Of a DNA stretch of 64,000 nucleotides, positions 19,223 to 29,517 are shown piece by piece. The translations under genes and the position numbers were made by a program. This stretch comes from Candidatus Woesebacteria bacterium. Lineage in GTDB: Bacteria; Patescibacteriota; Saccharimonadia; Saccharimonadales; EFPC-124. The stretch covers positions 96,616 through 160,615 of the forward strand of contig JASFQB010000001.1 of assembly GCA_050115675.1 (NCBI GenBank). Reading direction: 5' to 3'. How positions within the stretch are numbered: the stretch's first letter is position 1; every line of letters begins with the position of its first letter. Below the pieces are notes generated by a model. It had not been told where the DNA came from. It did no database searches and saw only the letters and a list, made by a program, of their open reading frames with translations.

Positions 19223-19981
19223 TTGCCTATTTTGGAGGTTATTGTGCATTGGCGAGAATCGAGGATAACAAATCCGCGAGGCAGGGAAGTACTAAATAAT
19301 AATCCCGAGCTGGCTGGTGCTGTTGAGCGTTTTTTGTCTAGTCCAAAGCCAGAGGAGGCTATTGGTGGACAGTCACTAGGCTCAGGTACGTATTCTTCTG
19401 CTCGGCGTTTTGGCAATTTTTTGGTTAAAGTGTCTTCTGCTACCACTAATAAAAAGGCCCATCGCAAAAGCCAAGCTGGTTCTGAAGATTTGTTTAGGCA
19501 GTTTAAATTTTTGTCTGAACTTTACGACTATTTGCAAATTAAATCAATTACAACAATTGTAACCCCGCGGCAGTATTTTGCGTACAGGTCTCGTTGCGGA
19601 GCTTATCTGCTTTGTCAGCAGTATATGGACGGCTGGATTACGCTTAAAGAATGGGCCGAGTCTAGATATAGTCCAAATGTTGAGGAAGATGTGACTTTTG
19701 TTTCAGGCTACTGTGAGTATGTTCGATGGCGCGTGATGGATTTTGCTCAAAATGCTGGTTTTGAACGAGATTTAAACGATCTAAAGCTAAAAGATGGCAA
19801 ACTGCACGCCAGAAACATTCTGGTGCCTCAAGGCTGTGATTCTAGCCCAAGCATGCCTCTTTGTATCATTGATCAGCCCTGTACTTCGGCAAGGGCACCA
19901 AGAATCTGGGTGGACATGTTGACATGGTTTATGGGTTGTGCTAACCTTAATTTTGTGCCTAACAAGGGGCATCAGACCTGA
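19223..19981 (+). CDS. Kinase-fold-like hypothetical protein
   Basis: LGSGTYS..LVK, LHARNILV, IIDQP resemble an atypical kinase; catalytic Asp not evident; start uncertain. Confidence 0.5.
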   Translation: MPILEVIVHWRESRITNPRGREVLNNNPELAGAVERFLSSPKPEEAIGGQSLGSGTYSSARRFGNFLVKVSSATTNKKAHRKSQAGSEDLFRQFKFLSELYDYLQIKSITTIVTPRQYFAYRSRCGAYLLCQQYMDGWITLKEWAESRYSPNVEEDVTFVSGYCEYVRWRVMDFAQNAGFERDLNDLKLKDGKLHARNILVPQGCDSSPSMPLCIIDQPCTSARAPRIWVDMLTWFMGCANLNFVPNKGHQT

Positions 19982-19997
19982 AGGTGGGATTCACGGA

Positions 19998-20261
19998 ATG
20001 AGTAGCTTCTTTGGTAGTTGGAGTTCTAGTCGGCGGCGTCGACACGGCAGTTATGGTTACGGTGTTCCTGTGCAGCAGCCGGTTTACCCAGCTGTTGACC
20101 CGTATGGGAATGCTTATCCTGTTGATCAGTACGGACGTCCCGTCCCACCGCCACAGCCCTACGCTGTTAACCTTCGTCATCCTAGGCGACACGGCCATCG
20201 CAGGCATCACGGTAGTGGACACAGTATCTTCGATGCTGTTTTTGGTGGATCGTCTTCGTGA
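19998..20261 (+). CDS. Small Pro/Tyr/His-rich protein
   Basis: 87-aa low-complexity ORF downstream of the kinase-like gene. Confidence 0.45.
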   Translation: MSSFFGSWSSSRRRRHGSYGYGVPVQQPVYPAVDPYGNAYPVDQYGRPVPPPQPYAVNLRHPRRHGHRRHHGSGHSIFDAVFGGSSS

Positions 20262-20331
20262 ATAAGCGTTGCGCTGGTAGGCCTTATGGCCTGTTAGCGC
20301 AACAACTAACTCGCAAAATGCGAGTTATTTT

Positions 20332-21309
20332 TTATTTAGGCTCAACCGTGTCAACTAAATTAATAGCCATTTGGTTTATTTGTGCGTAAGTTTCTGCGCC
20401 TAAAATGGTCCCAACTACCGTAACTTCTTTGCCATTTATGTTTTTTTGAGTAGAAAATAATACGGTGATGTCGGCCTGTAGACTATCGCCGTGCTTTATG
20501 CCGCTAAAACCATGCTTGTTTACTAGTCCGTTGTAGTTTGGGATGTCTCCTGCGTAGGGCATGTATCCGCCTGGGCTGCCAACAATTTCGGCAAATACTG
20601 GATTTTTCATTGCAGTTTCGCCAAGTCTAACTAAATCGCTAGGTGTGCTAATGGTTTGTGGGTCAAATCCGCTTGCGTCGCCACCAACTTGGGTGGCTTC
20701 AAGTTCTAATTCGTAAAGCATCCTGTTAGCGTACATATGATATTCGTCCATAGATCCAAATCCCCAGATAGCAGCTGTGTCAGCAATATTGTTGGCAGAC
20801 ATTAGTAGCATTGCTTCTAGTGCGTCGTAAAGCGTAATTGACACCCCTGCTTTTACAGAGGCGGCTGTGCCGTTTTTTGCCACATAATCTAAGTAGAGCT
20901 GTTCGTCTGATTCAGAAATATCAATCTGTGGGCCTTCTTCGCCGGGTTTTAAGGGGTATTTTTCTAGCAGCGCCATGGCGGTAATAACCTTAGCTATGCT
21001 GGCAATTGGCCTAGGTTCCGTGTCTCCGCTTGCCGCTATAACACCGTTGCCGTCATCTGTTATTCCAATTGCAGCAGCCTGAGCTCCTTCAGGCAAAATA
21101 TCGCTTGCTATGTATTCGCTTGGCTTAGATTCTAGCGCAATTTTTTGCCTTTTCGGTGTTGTTGATGTGGTTTGCGCAGACAGTCCTTGATCAAATCTTT
21201 GACCTTGCTGATAAAACCAAAAAACTAATCCACCAATTGCTGCAATGCAAAAAATAAGCAACCTGAAACGGCGTTTTTTTGGTTTTTTATATTTTGGTCT
21301 TAAAGCCAT
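20332..21309 (-). CDS. D-alanyl-D-alanine carboxypeptidase (peptidase S11)
   Basis: SxxK (ASIAK), SxN (SAN), KTG-equivalent KHG; N-terminal TM. Confidence 0.88.
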   Translation of the reverse strand: MALRPKYKKPKKRRFRLLIFCIAAIGGLVFWFYQQGQRFDQGLSAQTTSTTPKRQKIALESKPSEYIASDILPEGAQAAAIGITDDGNGVIAASGDTEPRPIASIAKVITAMALLEKYPLKPGEEGPQIDISESDEQLYLDYVAKNGTAASVKAGVSITLYDALEAMLLMSANNIADTAAIWGFGSMDEYHMYANRMLYELELEATQVGGDASGFDPQTISTPSDLVRLGETAMKNPVFAEIVGSPGGYMPYAGDIPNYNGLVNKHGFSGIKHGDSLQADITVLFSTQKNINGKEVTVVGTILGAETYAQINQMAINLVDTVEPK

Positions 21310-21341
21310 GTACTAATAGTTTAACATGACCATTATATATG

Positions 21342-22718
21342 CTATTTTTTAAACTTTTTGTGCAATCTTCTGGCGTGGTTTCGTGCATCCTCTTTATACT
21401 CGTATAGCCCAAACATCATAGCAAAGGCGGCGACTGGGGTTAGTAATTTTGTGCTGATTTGCTCTGTTGCGTCAGTGGGGGTTGCGTCAGTGGTGTTATC
21501 GTTTTTTGCAGTTATGCCGCTGGCGATCTTTCGACATCTGTTGGTTTCGGGATTCCTTTCATATCCTTCTTTGCAGGGCGTTAACGAGCTTGTTTGTGCG
21601 GTTGCTATTTTGCGGCAGCGATTAGTTTCGGGATTGCGTTCGTATCCGGTTTTGCAGGCAACCAGTTGCTCTGCGTCTGTTACAATGTTTTTACATCTGT
21701 TGGTGGCAGGGTTTAAGTATTTGCCAGCTGGGCAGATTTTAATTTCATCTTCGTTATCCTCAGTTTTTTGTGCTGGGGCATTTGGCAAATTTGCAGCTCC
21801 AGGTGTTGGCCGATCTGTTAATTGCCACAACCCGTCGATGATGACCCATGATTGATCAGACTTTAAGGTAGGGTATTCAAAAATGTCTTCTTTGTCTGTT
21901 GCAACAAGCCAAACTTCGCCACCATTGTTAAGCAGCTTATCAGCTAGACTAATTGCTAGATAAGATTTGCTTTTTATTGTGTAACCGTCAAGTAAAATCT
22001 TATCTTGCTTGTCAGTGTGCAGCCAACAATTCGCAAGAGATACGTCTTGGTCGCCGCTATTATAAAGTTCAACAAATTCACCACCATTGGTATCTGCACC
22101 AGATGGATTTGCTAAAATCTCGGTCACAGTTACGTCTGAAGCATCGCATGTTTCTGTAATTTGGCTGTCTTCGTTTTGATCTTCGGTTTGCTCGCTGGCG
22201 TCTTCATCTATAAAAAGCTCATCATCAGAAAGTTCTGAAGCAGGGGAGTAGTCTGATGTTTCGCACACCCAGGCATTATCCGTCCTAGTAGTTGCACACG
22301 ATTTTGTTTCTGAAATGCTGCTGTATGTAATTGTTTGCACCTCTATACCGTCCACTGTAAGCGTTAGGGTGCCGCCAGTGTTGCTTAAGCTGAATAAATT
22401 GGCGTTGTTGGTTTTAGGAAAAATCGCTACTCGTTGATCTGGTTTTAGTACGATTGACGGTAAGGCTAGCTTGTAATTGTCTTTTGTGATAATTGCATTT
22501 GCAAGTATTTGCTGGGTGTCGGTAGGATTGTAAAGTTCAATAAACTCATCAATGCCCTGTCCATCACGCTCGCTGCCTTCGGCATTTGGATAAATCTCAG
22601 AAATAATAATCCCCAAATATTCATTTGTGACGTCCTGAGCTAAAGCTGGTAATGGAAAACTGGCACTTATCAACACCACTGATATGATAAGTCGTATTAT
22701 ACTTCCCCTCATAGGCAA
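21342..22718 (-). CDS. Secreted lamin-tail-domain protein with Cys repeats and C-terminal anchor
   Basis: Two LTDs (IISEIYPN..EFIELYNP; VTEILANP..EFVELYNS); three C..G..RNP.TNRC repeats. Confidence 0.8.
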   Translation of the reverse strand: MPMRGSIIRLIISVVLISASFPLPALAQDVTNEYLGIIISEIYPNAEGSERDGQGIDEFIELYNPTDTQQILANAIITKDNYKLALPSIVLKPDQRVAIFPKTNNANLFSLSNTGGTLTLTVDGIEVQTITYSSISETKSCATTRTDNAWVCETSDYSPASELSDDELFIDEDASEQTEDQNEDSQITETCDASDVTVTEILANPSGADTNGGEFVELYNSGDQDVSLANCWLHTDKQDKILLDGYTIKSKSYLAISLADKLLNNGGEVWLVATDKEDIFEYPTLKSDQSWVIIDGLWQLTDRPTPGAANLPNAPAQKTEDNEDEIKICPAGKYLNPATNRCKNIVTDAEQLVACKTGYERNPETNRCRKIATAQTSSLTPCKEGYERNPETNRCRKIASGITAKNDNTTDATPTDATEQISTKLLTPVAAFAMMFGLYEYKEDARNHARRLHKKFKK

Positions 22719-22783
22719 GTATGATAAGGCCAGTTTCCCATTTTGTCAAAAACTTTACGTCGCAAAGTTACTAAAAGTTGACA

Positions 22784-23587
22784 TCACGCGCATGTTTTTG
22801 CGAACGCTAGGTCTCGCTCAATAAGCTGCTCCCAAGAGGTAATGTTGCCGTTTTCGATTTCGCGAAGCGTATCTTCCGTGTATCTAGTAACTTGTGGCCT
22901 GTGGGTCGCGACTAGCGCGTTGGCCTCCGGAAGTGCAAACTCAAAATTGTACACCAAGGCAACTTGCGCCTGCTGAAACTTGAGGACCTTGTCTATAGAA
23001 GGAGCCTTGCCACTATTTTGCTCTCTGCAAAGCATGTGAGAGGATAATGGGCTAGTAGGCATAAACAGATCGCTAAAATCTCCGCAAGCAACACATTCGG
23101 CAACCTTTTTGGCGCTTTCTGATGGGTGGTCAATGTAATTGACTCTTTGTCCAATAAGGTTACCATTCTTGTCAAAAAGCGGCTCCGTGCAAACAATGGC
23201 ATGGGCGCAGACTTCTCCAAAAACGCTAGGAATACTCTTCGCAGTGTCAATCCTGTTTTTTAGCCATTCTGCAGAGGTTTGCTCATCATGTCCACGATTG
23301 GCGGGAAAACTTTGGCATACGTCGTGTGCGAGCCCCGCAAGGCGGCTAGCTCGAACCTCGGCGCGATTTAGTCCCAGTACTTTTGCCAATTTAGTGGACG
23401 TGTCCCCAACTAGCCTTGTGTGGAAGCCGTTGTGGTAGTACGCGATTTTCTCTACTCCCTTCCTAAAATGCGGGTATCCACTTCCGTATCTGTGATCAAC
23501 GTATCTAATCGTGCCTTGCTCAAGCAGTGCAATCTCACGACTGGCACGCCATGAAAGCCTGACACCCTCTAGGCCAATGCTGTTCAT
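22784..23587 (-). CDS. HD-domain phosphohydrolase
   Basis: YHNGFHT, LAHDV, DEQTSA, CGDFSD motifs. Confidence 0.75.
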   Translation of the reverse strand: MNSIGLEGVRLSWRASREIALLEQGTIRYVDHRYGSGYPHFRKGVEKIAYYHNGFHTRLVGDTSTKLAKVLGLNRAEVRASRLAGLAHDVCQSFPANRGHDEQTSAEWLKNRIDTAKSIPSVFGEVCAHAIVCTEPLFDKNGNLIGQRVNYIDHPSESAKKVAECVACGDFSDLFMPTSPLSSHMLCREQNSGKAPSIDKVLKFQQAQVALVYNFEFALPEANALVATHRPQVTRYTEDTLREIENGNITSWEQLIERDLAFAKTCA

Positions 23588-23693
23588 TGCAATCTCCCTT
23601 ACGTCCTTACCTTGCGTACTTCATTATGTTATCAGCTGCTATATAAATTTTGTAATTGTTGTGCAAAAAATGCACAAGTGCTTAAATATAAAC

Positions 23694-24473
23694 ATGGTAA
23701 CAGACACAAGTTATGTAAAAGCTTACTTTAAAAAAATAGGATTTGTTCCAGAGATCGCCAGTATTTATCTGGCGCTATACAGATATGGAGAGCAAACGAT
23801 ATCTGAATTAGCTCGTAATTCTGGCGTAGAACGGACCAAAATATATCGCTTAACAGAAGAATTAAAAAGCACTAATCTAATTGAAATAGTGGTGCAATAT
23901 AAGCACATGATTTATCGTGCAGCACCAATTTCTAATTTACAAATTACTATTATGCAGCGCGAGCAAGATCTTAAAGTTTTGCAAAATGAGCTTAAAAATA
24001 TAAGTAATATTTTAGAAGTTAAAAGTTTGGAATCTGCAGTCTCACGAGTTCAGTTTTACAAAGGTTTTGAGGGTGTAAAGCAAATGTTTTGGAACGAAAC
24101 CTATAGTAAAAGCGAAGTTTTGTGTATTCTTTCTGAAAACATGCAAAGCAAAACAAAAGCAACGTTTTTTGAACGTTGGGCACGCAAATGCAACGATTTG
24201 GATATAAAATTTAGGGGAATTGTTGGTGACAATTTCGCAAAAACTCAACAAGAATGGCAAAAAAGAAACGTCAAAGAAAAGCTTAAAAACTGGCAGGAGC
24301 GATATGTGTCAGACGACATATTCGCAATAACTCATTCAACAATTATCTACAATGATATTGTGGCATACTATAGCTGGCGTGATGGTGAAATTTTTGGCAT
24401 AGAAATATATAATCAAGACATTGCCAATGCTCAAAAGGCTTTTTTTGAGATGCTGTGGCAAAAGCTGACTTAG
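23694..24473 (+). CDS. TrmB-family transcriptional regulator
   Basis: wHTH IYLALYRYGEQTISELARNSGVERTKIY; VQFYKGFEGVKQM; C-terminal FFEMLW. Confidence 0.8.
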   Translation: MVTDTSYVKAYFKKIGFVPEIASIYLALYRYGEQTISELARNSGVERTKIYRLTEELKSTNLIEIVVQYKHMIYRAAPISNLQITIMQREQDLKVLQNELKNISNILEVKSLESAVSRVQFYKGFEGVKQMFWNETYSKSEVLCILSENMQSKTKATFFERWARKCNDLDIKFRGIVGDNFAKTQQEWQKRNVKEKLKNWQERYVSDDIFAITHSTIIYNDIVAYYSWRDGEIFGIEIYNQDIANAQKAFFEMLWQKLT

Positions 24474-24516
24474 ATTGATCCCCCTCAAAAAGAGGGGGGT
24501 AGAGCGTAATTAGGTG

Positions 24517-24666
24517 TTACGGCCCATTGAGAATTGGCCTGGGGACGTGATTGGCTTGGTTTGAGCAGACTTTTTCGCCTTTCTCATCTACCGTTACTGT
24601 TCCTGTGCAGCGGATATATTTTACGTTGCGAAAAACCACGCAATTGCAGGAAGTCCCCTGAGACAC
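24517..24666 (-). CDS. Small Cys-containing protein (absent from ORF track)
   Basis: GGAGG SD then GTG; VSQGTSCNCVVFRNVKYIRCTGTVTVDEKGEKVCSNQANHVPRPILNGP; hairpin at 24478-24500 downstream. Confidence 0.5.
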   Translation of the reverse strand: MSQGTSCNCVVFRNVKYIRCTGTVTVDEKGEKVCSNQANHVPRPILNGP

Positions 24667-24919
24667 GATTTCCTCCTAGCATGTGATTAACAGGTTCTAA
24701 GTATAATTTTAGTCGTTTTGCGGCTTTAATCAATTGTATGTGTTATTTTTAGCAACAGGGGATCAGTAAAAGGCTCAAGGGTTGACCTTTTGGGTAATTT
24801 CTGCTAATATAAATAGCATTGTGTAAATGATCCGGGTAAGTTTGTAGTTATTAGTACTCGATGTCATTCGTGCAATCAAGTATTTAGTAACTGTTTAAAA
24901 CAGACGAGGATTATTTTTT

Positions 24920-26110
24920 ATGTCTAAACAATTTTATTCTAATTCTAGACGATCATCTTTTAGATCGCGTCGCCCGAGTGCTCCTAGGGCAAAAAATCAA
25001 AAGCAGTATATTCATCCTAGTCGCTTTATTAAAGCTGCAAAACCTGTAGAAGAGGTTATATATACTCCAACTCACCAGTTTGATGATTTTGAGCTTAACG
25101 ATCTAATTAAGTCAAATATTAAAGCCAAGGGCTATGTGACTCCTTCTCCTATCCAGGATAAGGCTATTCCTGTTGGTCTTGATGGTAAGGATATTGTTGG
25201 TATTGCTAATACCGGTACGGGCAAGACGGCTGCTTTTGCATTGCCAATTTTGCACCAACTTATGCTTTACCCACAGGCCAAGGCAATTGTTATTGCGCCT
25301 ACGCGAGAATTGGCGCAGCAGATTGAAGAAGAATGTCGTGCCTTTGCTAAAGGCAGTGGCATGAATGCTGCCCTGTTAATTGGTGGCATGCCAATGCCTG
25401 CACAGCTTTACGAGCTAGGTCGCAATCCATCAATTGTTATTGGTACGCCCGGTCGTATTAAAGATCACGTGCAACGTGGCAGCTTAGACTTATCTAAGTT
25501 TACTTTGGTTGCGCTAGACGAGGTTGATCGCATGGTTGACATGGGCTTTATTAAAGACATTAGATTCCTACTTGGTCAGATCTCTGACACTCGCCAATCA
25601 TTCTTCTTTTCTGCCACATTAGATCCAAATCTTAAGGCATTAATAGAAAGCTTTTTGCGCGAACCCGTAACAATTTCGGTTAAAATGGGCGAAACAAGTG
25701 ATAATGTCGAGCAAAATGTTGTTCATTATACAGACACTGCTCACAAAATAGAGCAATTGCACGATGCGCTAATTCAAGAAAGTACCAAAAAGACTTTGAT
25801 TTTTGATGACACTCAGCGCAGCGTAGACCGCTTGGCAAAAACTTTGCAGGCACGAGGATTCAAATCTGATTCTATTCATGGTGGTAAAAGCCAGTCTCAA
25901 AGACAGCGTGCGTTGAACAAGTTTAAGCGCAACGACATTACTATTTTAGTAGCAACAGACGTTGCAGCGCGTGGTATTGACGTTGCTGACGTTACTCACG
26001 TTATTAACTACAGTACACCTCAGACTTACGAAGATTACGTACACCGAATTGGTCGTGCTGGTCGTGCGGGCCGCACTGGCTATGCTTTAACGTTTATCGA
26101 TAAGCAGTAG
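24920..26110 (+). CDS. DEAD/DEAH-box RNA helicase
   Basis: Q motif, TGTGKT, PTRELA, TPGR, DEVD, SAT, ARGID, HRIGRAGR. Confidence 0.95.
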   Translation: MSKQFYSNSRRSSFRSRRPSAPRAKNQKQYIHPSRFIKAAKPVEEVIYTPTHQFDDFELNDLIKSNIKAKGYVTPSPIQDKAIPVGLDGKDIVGIANTGTGKTAAFALPILHQLMLYPQAKAIVIAPTRELAQQIEEECRAFAKGSGMNAALLIGGMPMPAQLYELGRNPSIVIGTPGRIKDHVQRGSLDLSKFTLVALDEVDRMVDMGFIKDIRFLLGQISDTRQSFFFSATLDPNLKALIESFLREPVTISVKMGETSDNVEQNVVHYTDTAHKIEQLHDALIQESTKKTLIFDDTQRSVDRLAKTLQARGFKSDSIHGGKSQSQRQRALNKFKRNDITILVATDVAARGIDVADVTHVINYSTPQTYEDYVHRIGRAGRAGRTGYALTFIDKQ

Positions 26111-26209
26111 TTTATATAAGACGCAAAAATCGCATCGCTTTTGGCTAAAAGGTGCGATTTTTGTTTTGTTTAATCTGACAAAACAGATAACTACTGCTAA
26201 TATGATTGT

Positions 26210-26788
26210 ATGATACCAATCTGGTTTGTTTACGTTGCCATTTTAATGCGTCTATTTAGTGGCGCACTTTACCTGGCGTCAATTTTAATAGGGCGGGCCA
26301 AACCTAATCCCGTAACATGGTTTTTTTGGGGATTAACTCCCTTAATTGCCTTTGCAGCGCAGGTTAGCAGTGGTTTTAGTGTGGATGCTTTGGTGACCTT
26401 GACGCTAAGTTTGGGGCCGCTTGCTATTTTTTTGACTGCGTTTATAAAACACCGAAAGCTTTGGAAATTTACAACATCCACTTTTGTTTGTGCTTTGTTG
26501 GCGGCGCTAGGTGTTGTGCTGTGGCAAATTACTGATGACCCAGTTTTGGCCACGATTTTTAGTATATTTGCAGATATATCAGCAAGTATGCCTACGGTTA
26601 TAAAATCTTACTTAAAGCCAGAAACAGAATGCGCGGTGCCGTATCTGATCTCTATGGCTAGCATGGCTACAACCCTTCTGACAATTAATGATTGGTCGTT
26701 TACAAATTATGGCTTTATTGTGTATATTTTTGCGATTAACTTTACAATTTTATCGGCCATATATCTGGGCAAACTGCGTCGCACCTAG
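26210..26788 (+). CDS. Integral membrane protein
   Basis: About 6 TM helices; KPNPVTWFFW and PTVIKSYLKPETE. Confidence 0.7.
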   Translation: MIPIWFVYVAILMRLFSGALYLASILIGRAKPNPVTWFFWGLTPLIAFAAQVSSGFSVDALVTLTLSLGPLAIFLTAFIKHRKLWKFTTSTFVCALLAALGVVLWQITDDPVLATIFSIFADISASMPTVIKSYLKPETECAVPYLISMASMATTLLTINDWSFTNYGFIVYIFAINFTILSAIYLGKLRRT

Positions 26789-26973
26789 ATACTAAAAATA
26801 TATAATTTAGTGTTATAGAAAAGTTTTTGACGTTAAGTTATACTTAACGAGTGTAAAAAGGCTACATTGTTAAGCCATAACGTCGGAGGGTAGCGACTAT
26901 TATTAATTGTGACCAAAAACACGGCAGCGCGTCGTGGATTAACTTATTTAATGTTCAGTCAAGGCCGTTAGAG

Positions 26974-27981
26974 TTGGCAAAAAAACATAGGTTGGTAAAT
27001 GTGGCAAAAGATGCATTTATTGACATTCATAAAACATGCAGTAGCTTAGAATCGCCAGTAGACGATAAAGATTTAATCTATCAGTGCTTATTTAGGCTAT
27101 TCTCTTTTGCGCCTAGTATTTATATCAAAAAAGGTAAAGTCGTGCAAAAAACTTGGCTTGGTAGTAAGTATCATGAAGTAGAAAATGACGAATGTGTAGA
27201 ATTTTATCAAGATTGTTTGCTGGATATATACAACGAGCAAAAGGCATATTTGGCTGAGCGTTATTACAAGAATAACACCAAGCTGTTTAGCGACCTTCAT
27301 AAAATATTTTCTGGTTTTTGCTGCAGGGGCAAGATAAAAAATATTGCTGGTAGACCATATTTGGTGACTAGAAGCAGTAAAATCTTGCTAGAAATTAAAG
27401 AAATATCGCCAAGTTTTGCCCAGTTGGTTCACGAAAATTTTCATTATATGCATACTCCACGCAACAACGGTCCATGTTTGGGCTTATTTTTGCAGGATAA
27501 TAAATTGCCCTTTTCTGTTTTAGCGATAGAAAAGGTGGACAGGCATTATAAAAAAGCAGCGCTTGCATATTATGGAATGTCAGCAGACCATTGTTATGAA
27601 GTAACTAGGCTGTATAATGTCCATAGCTCGCCCTATAATACCTCAAGTCTAATGTTGTCTCAGGCCTCTACATATTTAAAAAATAACGACAGATATTGGC
27701 AGTCGACAATCTCAACTTTTATGCCTAGCTATGCAACAGGAGGTTCGATGTTTGGCGGTGGTTTTGAGCAAATATTGTTTGCGAAGCCTTGTAGGCATTT
27801 ATATCAAGAAACGCCCCAAGGTATGGCAACGAAAACCAACCGTACAGTCACTGCAAGAAATTGCTTAAGTAACATAACTAAAATTATGCCAGCCATAGAG
27901 TTAATTTATGCACGCGAAAGGAAATGCTCTGTTGTACGCAACGACCAGCAAATCTTGGTGAAAAAATCGCCATCAGGGTAG
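26974..27981 (+). CDS. Hypothetical protein, possible Mom-like GNAT fold in the C-terminal half
   Basis: Ordered motifs FHYMH..LGLF..EVTRL..PYNTSSLMLS..GGSMFGGGF; family call from memory only. Confidence 0.45.
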   Translation: MAKKHRLVNVAKDAFIDIHKTCSSLESPVDDKDLIYQCLFRLFSFAPSIYIKKGKVVQKTWLGSKYHEVENDECVEFYQDCLLDIYNEQKAYLAERYYKNNTKLFSDLHKIFSGFCCRGKIKNIAGRPYLVTRSSKILLEIKEISPSFAQLVHENFHYMHTPRNNGPCLGLFLQDNKLPFSVLAIEKVDRHYKKAALAYYGMSADHCYEVTRLYNVHSSPYNTSSLMLSQASTYLKNNDRYWQSTISTFMPSYATGGSMFGGGFEQILFAKPCRHLYQETPQGMATKTNRTVTARNCLSNITKIMPAIELIYARERKCSVVRNDQQILVKKSPSG

Positions 27982-28007
27982 CGTATTGCTTAGTTTTATT
28001 GTACAAT

Positions 28008-28598
28008 ATGAAAGTGCAACGTAAATACGTCTATTTTACCACCATTAAAAACATCGATCAGCACATAGAAGTTGATCGTCAAGTTAATACTATTTTTAAG
28101 CGACACAGATGTCAGCTTATTAATGATTGGTGGCTAAAAGATTTTCCTTATGGCATAGACATTGTCGATAGACGAATAGAAAGTCAACTCTCTGACGCTC
28201 AAAGTGATTTAGGACAGGCAGAGTTTGCGGTTGTTGATTTTAGTATTAAATCTCGCTGGGCGTTTTTTAAGTCTATGTTGGCTGTACAAAAGAAGATTCC
28301 GCTATTGTGCATTGTTAAAAACAATCAAATCGAAAACGTTCCAGAAATGATATTAGCTAGCCAATCTGGACTTATGGCGGTTGCATCCTACGATACTATA
28401 GACGACCTTGAACCTCAAATAAAGCGTTTTCTTAAGCAAACCGGCACACTTAAAAAGCGATTTAATATAATGCTCAACACGACATCGCTTAAGCAGTTGG
28501 AAACTCTATCAGAAGAGCTAGAGTTGCCAAAAGCTGATGTTGTACGCAGCCTTATCGCTGACCACTACAAACATTTTTCTCAAAAACCTAAGCGTTAG
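28008..28598 (+). CDS. Nucleoside-deoxyribosyltransferase-like domain fused to a ribbon-helix-helix
   Basis: AEFAVVDFSIKS..AVQKKIPLLCI; C-terminal KRFNIMLN..LETLSEELELPKADVVRSLI. Confidence 0.55.
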   Translation: MKVQRKYVYFTTIKNIDQHIEVDRQVNTIFKRHRCQLINDWWLKDFPYGIDIVDRRIESQLSDAQSDLGQAEFAVVDFSIKSRWAFFKSMLAVQKKIPLLCIVKNNQIENVPEMILASQSGLMAVASYDTIDDLEPQIKRFLKQTGTLKKRFNIMLNTTSLKQLETLSEELELPKADVVRSLIADHYKHFSQKPKR

Positions 28599-29506
28599 TT
28601 GCTAACTACTGTTAACTGTTTTATTTTATCTGCAGAGCCTTTTAGGGCTTTTTTTGTTTCTTCTAGTAAATCGCTCTCAATGTTTACCTCAATTACAAGG
28701 TGAGAGTTTAGTTTTGCAAATTCTTTAATATTTTTTAGATCTTTATTATAGTTTGTTGGGTCAATTTCAAATTTAAAAAAGTGAAATTTATTAAACATAG
28801 GCTCAAGATCTTGATTTAAATTAGCAACATGCATTTTAGGCGGTTTTAGAGACTTAACAGAACTGTTTTTGCCTTTTACGGCCTGAACAATCTCGATAGC
28901 TTTTTTGCGATCAATGTTTTCAAAAGTATCTAAGTTGTCACTTATTACTGCAGTTTGAATATCGTATCCAGATATGTGGCTAACTACTCGCAATTTGCGA
29001 ATTGCGTCTAAGTCTATTCCTCCTGCTAGCATTACATTTTGGTCTTTATAAAGCTCTGCCATGTGTTGAATTGTAGGGTAGGGAATGCGCTCGCCAGTGC
29101 CACCAACGTAGTTTTTATTAACAATTACATAGTTTGATAGTAAAAATTCATTTGGCCTAGGAGAGATAACGGGTGAGGTAACGCCCATAATTATCAATGA
29201 TTTGCCAAAATACGATCGCAACATGGCAAAAAGTCCAGGAACAGGTGGATAATGAAGCTCGATTCCTTGACAGCCAGTACTTCTGATAAGCTCAATAATG
29301 CGCTCTATGCTTCGCTCTTTTGTTACTAATATGCTTTTGGTCTGAGGGAACTCATTGGCTAGCATACGGTTAATTTGCTGAAAAACCGGAATGCGCTCAA
29401 GATGGTCGCGAGTAACCAAATGCAAGCCAATAAAGTCCACGCCTTGTTCGGCAAGAGTGCGGGCTTCGTATATATTTTTGATGTTACTTATTTTAAGCAG
29501 TCGCAT
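28595..29506 (-). CDS. Phosphoribosylanthranilate isomerase (TrpF)-like TIM barrel with C-terminal extension
   Basis: LKISNIKN..GVDFIGL, IELH, GGTGERI, MLAGGI, GYDIQTAV; diverged from canonical KICG. Confidence 0.6.
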   Translation of the reverse strand: MRLLKISNIKNIYEARTLAEQGVDFIGLHLVTRDHLERIPVFQQINRMLANEFPQTKSILVTKERSIERIIELIRSTGCQGIELHYPPVPGLFAMLRSYFGKSLIIMGVTSPVISPRPNEFLLSNYVIVNKNYVGGTGERIPYPTIQHMAELYKDQNVMLAGGIDLDAIRKLRVVSHISGYDIQTAVISDNLDTFENIDRKKAIEIVQAVKGKNSSVKSLKPPKMHVANLNQDLEPMFNKFHFFKFEIDPTNYNKDLKNIKEFAKLNSHLVIEVNIESDLLEETKKALKGSADKIKQLTVVSN

Positions 29507-29517
29507 GTATCCTCCTC

